Under the pieces are notes generated by a model, which saw only the letters and a program-made list of their open reading frames with translations, was not told the DNA's origin and did no database searches. Below are positions 27,429 to 34,072 of a stretch of 34,072 nt of DNA, piece after piece; within the stretch, counting starts at the first letter, position 1; every line of letters begins with the position of its first letter. The stretch lies in sequence record SRR20825019_1848; one strand, 5' to 3'. The translations under genes were made by a program, and so were the position numbers.

Positions 27429-28369
27429 TTAAAAACCACCTCCCGGCCTTTAGGTGTTGTTGCGCCGGGTATATGACGCATTGTGCGCTCATTGACCTCA
27501 AGGATGAAAATGTCCGCTTCGGACGTGATGTCCGTCAGGGTGGCACCTGTTAGTCGCGCCTGAGACGCAGCGCCAATTCGCCCCCCAAGCTTCACCGGGT
27601 CTGCTTGCAATGTCGCTGTCATCCCCATATTCACAAGTGATGAGGAATAGACAAAGGTCGGGATCTGGTTTTCCAATGTCAGCCTCAGGATATAGCGCAC
27701 AGTATCACTGTTGAGCACCATTGGGTCACGCAGGAAAATAAGGCCGTCAGATTCCTTGATGGCCTGCCTGAGGCCTGCACCTACGTCCTGAGGGGCTTCC
27801 ACATAATAAACACGCAGGTTGATGTGTTGTGCCTGAGCGGCCTCAATGACGCTTTGGCGTACGGGCTCTAGCGTTTCCCGGCGGGCAATAATGCCAACGG
27901 TCTGGATGCCGGGTTTCAGTGTTGCCAGCGCTTCAAGCTGAAGCGGAAGAGGGGGGCGAGCATCAAAGAATGTTAGCTGGCGGTTGCTGATTAAATCCTC
28001 ATCCGGTTCATCATGCACGGTGAACAGGGTCGGTGTGTCTGGCAGACCGTGAGCAATAAGACTGGCAGCGCGTGGCCCCAGGGCGATAACCAGATCGAGA
28101 GTGCCGTCTGCTTTTCTCAGCCGCAGGTCTTTGATGATTTCACGACCAATGGAAGGCTCGCGCTGCATATCCATATATTTGATCGTGCCGCAGGCCGGGC
28201 AGTTTTTGCTGATACCGTGCGCTATCTGCATGCTGGTGTGGTGCTTGTACGAATCGACGATGATCACGTCTGCGCGCAGGGAAGGGCCCAGGGTTATAAC
28301 TGCCGCGCTCAACCATATAGCCCAGAGAGGCCATAGTAGAGGTTTGAGAGGCATGAGCATCCGGTTCAT
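27425..28369 (-). CDS. Periplasmic ABC-type substrate-binding-like protein
   Basis: Signal-like N-terminus, [33 protein letters not shown] near the C-terminus. ATGA overlap with the kinase gene. Confidence 0.75.
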   Translation of the reverse strand: MNRMLMPLKPLLWPLWAIWLSAAVITLGPSLRADVIIVDSYKHHTSMQIAHGISKNCPACGTIKYMDMQREPSIGREIIKDLRLRKADGTLDLVIALGPRAASLIAHGLPDTPTLFTVHDEPDEDLISNRQLTFFDARPPLPLQLEALATLKPGIQTVGIIARRETLEPVRQSVIEAAQAQHINLRVYYVEAPQDVGAGLRQAIKESDGLIFLRDPMVLNSDTVRYILRLTLENQIPTFVYSSSLVNMGMTATLQADPVKLGGRIGAASQARLTGATLTDITSEADIFILEVNERTMRHIPGATTPKGREVVFK

Positions 28370-28573
28370 AGAATTCCCAGTCTATGACCCCCATTGAGGC
28401 CAGTTTACGCCATATCCCCTTGGGGTTTCTAGAAATATTGTAACCAAACATGGTTAGGGCAAAGTAAACGCTAAAGGGCCACGCAGTTAGTGCGGGCCTT
28501 GCCGCCTTTTCTCGGGCCTTCTATTGCCTTGATCCGGGCTTGGGCTATCTTTTCACTGAGGGAGGATGTCACC

Positions 28574-29833
28574 ATGAAAAAATACATACTGTCGCTTGTG
28601 TTAGCCTGTCTGCTGCCGATGGGCGTTTTTGCCGCTGAGCTGCCGGAAGCTGACCCCGCCGAAGTGGGTCTTTCTGCAGAAAAACTGGCGGAGATGAGCG
28701 CGCATTTTCAGGCTTATGTAGACGACGGCAAGTTGGCTGGCTTGACGACGCTTGTTGCGCGCAAGGGCAAGGTTGCGCATTTCAAAACCTATGGCGCGCT
28801 TGATATGGAAAGTGGCCGTACGCTGGCGGAGGATGCCATCTTCCGCATCTATTCCATGACCAAGCCTGTCACCGGTGTGGCGCTTATGATGCTCTATGAA
28901 GAAGGCAAGTTTGAACTGGACGACCCGGTTTCAAAATATATTCCAGAATTTGCTGACGCCCGCGTTTTCAAGGCTGAAGCGGAAGACGGCACGCTTGAGA
29001 CAGAGCCCGCAGCGCGCGATATCACTGTGCGTGACCTGATGCGGCATACTTCTGGCCTTACCTACGGTGTTTTTGGTGATACGCCGGTTGATAAAAGTTA
29101 CCTCAAGAACCAGTTGATTGGCGTGGACCAGCCGATGGCCGAGTGGGTGCCAAGGCTTGCCGAACAACCGCTTCTCTATCAGCCAGGCGCAGCGTGGGTT
29201 TACTCTCTTTCAGTTGAAGTGCAGGGCTATCTGATTGAAGTGCTTTCGGGCCAGCCGTTTGACGAATTTCTGAAAGAGCGGATATTTGACCCGCTGGAGA
29301 TGAGCGACACAGATTTCTATGTGCCTGCGGATAAGCTTGATCGTTTTGTTGGCATCTATGAGCTGGACGAAGAGAAGAAGCTTATTGCTGCCCGCAACAA
29401 ACTCCTGCAGGACTATTCAATCAACCCCCAGTTCAAGTCTGGTGGTGGTGGTCTTGTTTCCACAACGGCTGACTATTGGAAGTTTGCGCAAATGGTCGCA
29501 AACGGTGGCACCATGAACGGTGTGACATACCTTAAGCCTGAAACGGTTGCCATGATGTCCAAGAACCAATTGCCGGAAGCACTGCCGGGCATCGCCGGTG
29601 GCAAACGCGGGCTTGGTTTCGGGCTTGATTTTGCCGTTGTGCTTGACCCGGCGAAGTTTGGCAATACGGGTGAAGTTGGAGAGTTTTTCTGGGGCGGCAT
29701 GGCCAATACGGTATTCTGGATCGACCCCACCCACGATATCGTGGCGATCCTGATGACAAACATCCTACCCACCGGTGTTTATGATGTCAGAGGCGAGATG
29801 CGCACTTACGTGAACGACGCCATCGTCGACTAG
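28574..29833 (+). CDS. Secreted serine hydrolase (beta-lactamase family, EstB/LovD-like)
   Basis: GGAGG RBS, signal peptide MKKYILSLVLACLLPMGVFA, FRIYSMTKP (SxxK), LMRHTSGL, WVYS, SGGGGLVST, WGGMANT. Confidence 0.93.
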   Translation: MKKYILSLVLACLLPMGVFAAELPEADPAEVGLSAEKLAEMSAHFQAYVDDGKLAGLTTLVARKGKVAHFKTYGALDMESGRTLAEDAIFRIYSMTKPVTGVALMMLYEEGKFELDDPVSKYIPEFADARVFKAEAEDGTLETEPAARDITVRDLMRHTSGLTYGVFGDTPVDKSYLKNQLIGVDQPMAEWVPRLAEQPLLYQPGAAWVYSLSVEVQGYLIEVLSGQPFDEFLKERIFDPLEMSDTDFYVPADKLDRFVGIYELDEEKKLIAARNKLLQDYSINPQFKSGGGGLVSTTADYWKFAQMVANGGTMNGVTYLKPETVAMMSKNQLPEALPGIAGGKRGLGFGLDFAVVLDPAKFGNTGEVGEFFWGGMANTVFWIDPTHDIVAILMTNILPTGVYDVRGEMRTYVNDAIVD

Positions 29834-29835
29834 GT

Positions 29836-29873
29836 AAAAGAAAAAAAGGGGTGGCAAACCTTCGCCACCCCTT
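29836..29873 (-). terminator. Rho-independent terminator for tonB-exbD (possibly bidirectional)
   Basis: GGGGTGGC/GCCACCCC stem with an A7 run on its left (T tract on the minus strand). Confidence 0.8.
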
Positions 29874-29898
29874 CCCCGCGGTTCCGTCGTAACGCCCA

Positions 29899-30297
29899 TT
29901 ACTCAATCAGAACCGCAATCCTCTCGTTCGGCATGCCTGCTTTTCGCGCTTCGTCATGTAGGCGAACAAAGGCTCCTGTATGCGCCCCGGGGTTTATGGA
30001 GATCACGACCGGTGCTTTGGGGCGCAACACGCTCTCTCCTTTGATGATGGGTTCTACGAGCCATGGGTCGATCAACCGTCCTGCATAAAAGATGCGATTT
30101 TCCGCGTCTATCTGAAATGCGATCGGTTCAAGCGGTGACTTGGGGCTCGAGCCTTGCGGCATATTGGGCCTAATGCCCGTTTCCCGCATAAAGGTTGCGG
30201 TGACAATGAAGAAGATGAGCATGATAAATACGATGTCGAGCATGGGCGTCATATCGGCTTTTGCCTGAGCGCCCGTTTTGGTGCGTATTGGTCTCAT
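29899..30297 (-). CDS. exbD: Biopolymer transport protein ExbD/TolR family
   Basis: DMTPMLDIVFIMLIFFIVTATF. AGGAGG RBS before ATG 30297. Confidence 0.92.
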   Translation of the reverse strand: MRPIRTKTGAQAKADMTPMLDIVFIMLIFFIVTATFMRETGIRPNMPQGSSPKSPLEPIAFQIDAENRIFYAGRLIDPWLVEPIIKGESVLRPKAPVVISINPGAHTGAFVRLHDEARKAGMPNERIAVLIE

Positions 30298-30307
30298 GAA
30301 ATGCCTC

Positions 30308-30925
30308 CTATTCGCCAGCCAGTTCAAACGCCATACGGAAGCGCACACCTTTGGAGGCATAGGCCTTGCCGTCAACCACAGTGGGTTTGTACTTGAACTT
30401 CGAGATCGCTGCTAAGGCTGCACGCTCGAAATACCCCGCAGGGTTGGCTTCTATGACTTGGGCGTCCTCAACGGTACCGTCCTCGGTGACAGTGAACTCA
30501 ACAACAACTGAGCCTTCTGTGCCGCGTTCGAGCGCGCGGCGCGGGTACTGTGGCTGTACACGCACAAGCGGCAGGCGTTCACCGTCGGAAAAACCAAGTT
30601 GGATTTTGGTGTCGTTGCCTACCGACACCGGCCTTTGTGGGCGGGCGGGCAGGCCAATTTGGGGGCCGCCGGTAGTTGGCGGGCGATCAATCTCTATTGG
30701 CTCAAGTTCTATAGGTTTGGGCGGGGGAGTTAGACGTTCAATTTTGCGAACCGGTTCGGGAATGGGGCTCTCGATAACGCCATCGAATTGGAGAACAGAG
30801 ACATCATCAAGCAGCTCAAGCCCGTCATTGCGTACGAGGTTTTGCATCAGAAAGAACAACATGAAGGTGGTGAGCGCTGCGCCCGACATGATGGGAAGCG
30901 CCCTTGCATATGGTGTGATGGTCAT
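30308..30925 (-). CDS. tonB: Energy transducer TonB (paralog 2)
   Basis: N-terminal TM, Pro-rich linker, PLVRVQPQYPRRALERGTEGSVVVEFTV, FERAALAAISKFKYKP. Confidence 0.93.
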   Translation of the reverse strand: MTITPYARALPIMSGAALTTFMLFFLMQNLVRNDGLELLDDVSVLQFDGVIESPIPEPVRKIERLTPPPKPIELEPIEIDRPPTTGGPQIGLPARPQRPVSVGNDTKIQLGFSDGERLPLVRVQPQYPRRALERGTEGSVVVEFTVTEDGTVEDAQVIEANPAGYFERAALAAISKFKYKPTVVDGKAYASKGVRFRMAFELAGE

Positions 30926-30994
30926 AATACCCTCCTGAATCGTTACTATGTAACATTATCATGAAAAGGCATTAACAAAAAGTTATAATATAAC

Positions 30995-31578
30995 TTAAGT
31001 AGCGTTTGCGCCCAGCTTTCTCATTCGGGCGAATAGTCGCTCTAGGTCACGATCTGTTTTTTCTCTACCATGCCAACCACCGTTGTTCGGATCGGCGCGA
31101 CGCCTGAGAACGCCAGTATGTTGCGGCATAAGACCTTGAGGCCCTGCGATAGGTAGAATACCCGATATGCAATGCCGGGCATTCCCATAGTGACAATGAC
31201 GCGGGCCGAGCATCCTTTAAGGAGCGAGCGCCATTTGGTTGGGGAGGCGGCTCTGGCTGTAAGCGAGGGCCGCAATGCCTGCTCTAGAAACCCCTTTAGT
31301 TTCGCCGGCATGGAGCCGAGCCATAAAGGGTAGATGATCACCAAATGTTTGGCCTGCAGGATGGCGTCCTGAGCAGCAAGAAGCGTTGCGGGTGTATCGC
31401 CTGTTTCCCATTCAACCTTGCTTGTCAGGAGTGGGAAATCGAGCGCGCCAACATCGACACAGGTTTCCTGATGCCCTGTCGCTTCCGCTGCTTCCCTATA
31501 GTGCGTTGCGAGCGTATGGCACAGGTGCTGTTCCTTGTGGTCCGGGTGTCCCTGCAGGATGACGATGGTCTTGGTGAT
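30995..31578 (-). pseudogene. Flavodoxin-fold NAD(P)H-dependent oxidoreductase with ATC at the start position and a frameshift near the 3' end
   Basis: AGGAGG-6 nt-ATC opens xTKTIVILQGHPD...HLVIIYPLWLGSMPAKLKGFLEQ...LKGCSARVIVTMGMP. The frame stops at TAG 31042. The family-like tail (RLFARMRKLG) continues in another frame after an A6 run (31057-31062). Confidence 0.8.
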
Positions 31579-31604
31579 GATAGACCTCCTTTAACTATGG
31601 AGAC

Positions 31605-31646
31605 AGTGTACCGCGATTGTGGCGGGATTGGTTTGACGCGCATCAA
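31605..31646 (-). promoter_or_regulatory. FNR/FixK-type class II promoter
   Basis: TTGAT-GCGC-GTCAA on the minus strand (31633-31646) plus -10 TACACT (31610-31605). Spacing places the box centre at -41.5. Confidence 0.72.
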
Positions 31647-31687
31647 GCAGATGGCAGCCGTGCGCCGATAGGCATGTAGGGCCCCAC

Positions 31688-31714
31688 AAAAAAACGGCGC
31701 CCCAAGGAGCGCCG
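31688..31714 (-). terminator. Rho-independent terminator of the exbD-tonB-TPR operon
   Basis: Minus strand CGGCGCTC-CTTG-GGGCGCCG followed by T7. Confidence 0.85.
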
Positions 31715-31742
31715 CTTGTAATCTGCCTTTTGTCTGGAAGCT

Positions 31743-33101
31743 TTAGCCTTCGAGCATTTCCTCGCGGGCTTGTTCGGCTCTCAGATAGTTGCGCCACTGA
31801 GTGATCATGCGCTTGTCTTTGCGGTCTTTCGCCATGCGGTTGGCCGTATCAAAAGCTGCATGTGCTTCTTTGAAGCGCTTCAACTCTGTGAGGGCCTGCC
31901 CCTTCTGCATCACAGATGTAAGGCGCTTGTCAGCGTCTTTTTCATCTTTGGTGCCATCGAAGGATTCAACCACATTGTCAAAGCTTTTGACGGCGTCTGT
32001 ATAGTGGGTCAACTGCATCTGCACCTGTGCAATCTGGAACCACAGGTCACCGTCTGCCTCGCTTTTCGCAGCAGCAGTCAATGGCTTGAGCGCACGCTCA
32101 TACTCGGTGGCCATCAAGTAACATTGGCCAAGAGTTCTGTAGTTCTGTGCGGTTTTCTCGATACGGTCTTCTTTGAAGGCTTTCTCAAGAACCCATGCAC
32201 ATTTGATTGGTGCACCGCGTGCAAGCTGGATCTGAGCAACGTTTACCAGCTGAAGCGGCTTGTCATCAAGGAACCCTTGTTTGTAAGCCGCTTCTGTCAG
32301 CGAGTAAGACGTCTTTTCGTCACCAAGTTCCTGATAAACACCAGCCAGCTGAATCCAGTATTGTGGCTTCGGCCAGTTGATCAGCAGGATCTCAAGCACA
32401 TCGCGAACCTTGGTGTATTGACCAAGTTCCCAGTGTGCGGAAAGAGCCATGCCGTACCAGGTTTCCTTCACTTCGACTGTGTCCACAGCCTGAGCGTCGG
32501 AAATAGCGCGGTAGATGTAAGCCAGTGAGTTGTCGAAATCGGTCAGGGTGTAATAAACCTGCGCGATAAACACGAGGTGGTTTACACTGATGACCTCAGC
32601 CCGAGGTTCCCATTTCTTCACATACTCGATGGCCTTCTGGTAGTTTTCTTCGCTGTAATACAGCTGAGCTAGGCCATAGATGATGTTCAGTTCAAGCGCT
32701 TCCGGGATGCTTTCCGCATATTGAAGGATTTGTTCGTAGGCACGGATCGTGCCTGCGGTGTCGTCCTCTTCATAAGAAATCATCGCGCGAAGTTGCCAGG
32801 CAACGGCACGTTCATAGTCGTTGATGCGTTTGCTTTCGAGAGTATCCGTAAGGATCTCCTTGGCTTCCACATACTCCTTGAGGTCCATTGCCTCCTGAGC
32901 TTTTTGGATCTTCTTGTGGATATCCACGCTCATGGCAGGAACTTTACGGGTTTTTGCCCGTGAAGCGTATGATGACTCTTCCTTCTCTTGCGCGAACGCT
33001 TTACTCCCCAGAGGGGTGCCCTCAGGCATTGGCAGAGCGGCGAGGATCGCAGCGGTTGCCAAAGCCATAGGAAGAGACTTGATGGTTTCAATCATGTTCA
33101 T
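31743..33101 (-). CDS. Exported tetratricopeptide-repeat protein of a TonB operon
   Basis: Signal-like N-terminus (…KAFA|Q), repeated helical TPR-like units (LAQLYYSEENYQKA, YWIQLAGVY, AYKQG). Lies directly downstream of tonB. Confidence 0.88.
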   Translation of the reverse strand: MNMIETIKSLPMALATAAILAALPMPEGTPLGSKAFAQEKEESSYASRAKTRKVPAMSVDIHKKIQKAQEAMDLKEYVEAKEILTDTLESKRINDYERAVAWQLRAMISYEEDDTAGTIRAYEQILQYAESIPEALELNIIYGLAQLYYSEENYQKAIEYVKKWEPRAEVISVNHLVFIAQVYYTLTDFDNSLAYIYRAISDAQAVDTVEVKETWYGMALSAHWELGQYTKVRDVLEILLINWPKPQYWIQLAGVYQELGDEKTSYSLTEAAYKQGFLDDKPLQLVNVAQIQLARGAPIKCAWVLEKAFKEDRIEKTAQNYRTLGQCYLMATEYERALKPLTAAAKSEADGDLWFQIAQVQMQLTHYTDAVKSFDNVVESFDGTKDEKDADKRLTSVMQKGQALTELKRFKEAHAAFDTANRMAKDRKDKRMITQWRNYLRAEQAREEMLEG

Positions 33102-33121
33102 GACGGTCTCCTGTCCCCCAA

Positions 33122-33739
33122 TTAGTCTGCAAGATCGAAGGAGAAGCGGTATTTCACGCCGGTCACCTTCTGCGGTTGGCCATTAACGACCTTAGGCTTG
33201 TACTTGAACTTCTCTGCAGCTTTTGTTGCAGCACGTTCAAAATACCCCTTCGGGTCAGCTTCAAGTATGAGGATGCTCTCAGGCGGTACAGTACCGTCTT
33301 CGTTCACCGTCAACTCAACGATCACATAACCCTCAATGCCGCGCTCCTGCGCACGACGTGGATATTGAGGCTGAACCCGTACCAGTGGCAGATAGTCACC
33401 ATCCTGGCTTGGGCCGAGGTCGATGGAACCGAGATCCACACCAGAGCCAGAATTGGCGCGGCTGATGGAAAGGTTCATCTTGTTAGGACCGTCAACTTCA
33501 ACCTGAGGCGTTTCCATCTCAGGCGGAGGTGCTTCCACCTCTGGCGGCTTTTCCACTTTACGCTCCATGCGCTGTGGTGGTTGGTCATCAATGTCTTCTA
33601 CAACATCGATGAAACGCAACTGCTTGTCCTCATTCAGGTCTACTTCATCATTGAAGGAAACCAGGCTTTGCATCAGGAAAAACAAGCCAAAGGTTACGCC
33701 GGATGCGGCAATGAGCGACGAAATTACACGTGTAATCAT
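33122..33739 (-). CDS. tonB: Energy transducer TonB (paralog 1)
   Basis: TM helix, EKPPEVEAPPPE linker, DGDYLPLVRVQPQYPRRAQERGIEGYV, KFKYKP. Confidence 0.95.
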   Translation of the reverse strand: MITRVISSLIAASGVTFGLFFLMQSLVSFNDEVDLNEDKQLRFIDVVEDIDDQPPQRMERKVEKPPEVEAPPPEMETPQVEVDGPNKMNLSISRANSGSGVDLGSIDLGPSQDGDYLPLVRVQPQYPRRAQERGIEGYVIVELTVNEDGTVPPESILILEADPKGYFERAATKAAEKFKYKPKVVNGQPQKVTGVKYRFSFDLAD

Positions 33740-34072
33740 TATTGTCTCTCCGCTGCTATGGCAATTTTTTCAACGCCTGCGTCGCGTATGGCGTCGTATA
33801 CTTTCATCACCAAACCAGCCTTCGATTCGATATCGGCCTGAATAGCAACAGTCCCTTTCGGGTTTTCTGCATGAAGCTTCTCGATCGTCGTACGGACACT
33901 GTCGAGAGCGACTTCATTTCTGTTGATATGGATCTGGTCGTTTGGTGTTACCGCGACGAGAATGCTGACTTGCTTTTGGGCAAGGGCTGTCTCGGCGTTC
34001 GGTTTCACGACCTCGATCCCGGCTTCCTTCACGAAGACCGCGGTGACGATGAAGAAGATCAGCATGATGAAC
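33739..34072 (-). CDS. exbD: ExbD/TolR family protein (5'-truncated by window edge)
   Basis: FIMLIFFIVTAVFVKEAG...IQAD...KVYDAIRDAGV. TAATG overlap with tonB. Confidence 0.92.
   Translation of the reverse strand, partial: FIMLIFFIVTAVFVKEAGIEVVKPNAETALAQKQVSILVAVTPNDQIHINRNEVALDSVRTTIEKLHAENPKGTVAIQADIESKAGLVMKVYDAIRDAGVEKIAIAAERQ

Noticed and set aside
1-34072. CRISPR arrays, IS elements, prophage genes, riboswitches
   Set aside because: No regularly spaced repeats, transposase, integrase or phage motifs, or recognisable riboswitch cores seen by eye. A covariance-model search would be needed to exclude ncRNAs.

Overview
A 34-kb stretch of an alphaproteobacterial chromosome, probably a marine, TonB-rich lineage (inferred from gene content, not proven). 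The left part (1-9.3 kb) is mostly conserved core: etfA-etfB, a PduO-type adenosyltransferase, a HIG1-like small membrane protein, gluQ, a TetR/VOC pair, an HNH nuclease and a yqaA-dsbB-coq7 operon. tRNA-Leu(CAA) follows. Directly behind it is a lower-GC, integrase-less accessory block (~9.5-17 kb): a FecI-like ECF sigma, a FecR-like anti-sigma, a TonB-dependent transducer and two secreted hydrolases. Next come a detox/redox cluster (YkgJ-like protein, methyltransferase, MFS-SDR/TetR, HxlR/nitronate monooxygenase-GST), two convergent sensor kinases (one with an exact CtrA box, one PleC/DivJ-like and coupled to a periplasmic binding protein), a serine hydrolase, an extra tonB-exbD pair, a damaged flavodoxin-fold oxidoreductase gene with an intact FNR-type promoter, and the end of an exbD-tonB-TPR operon. 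The best candidate for a novel feature is the TonB-dependent transducer. Right after its STN signalling domain it has a second in-frame start with a strong Shine-Dalgarno and a complete second signal peptide, which suggests one gene makes a signalling isoform and a transport-only isoform. Also notable are a duplicated ECF promoter motif and a perfect 25-bp WYL/DriD-like palindrome in front of a 48-aa membrane peptide. All calls come from reading the sequence; no database searches were run.
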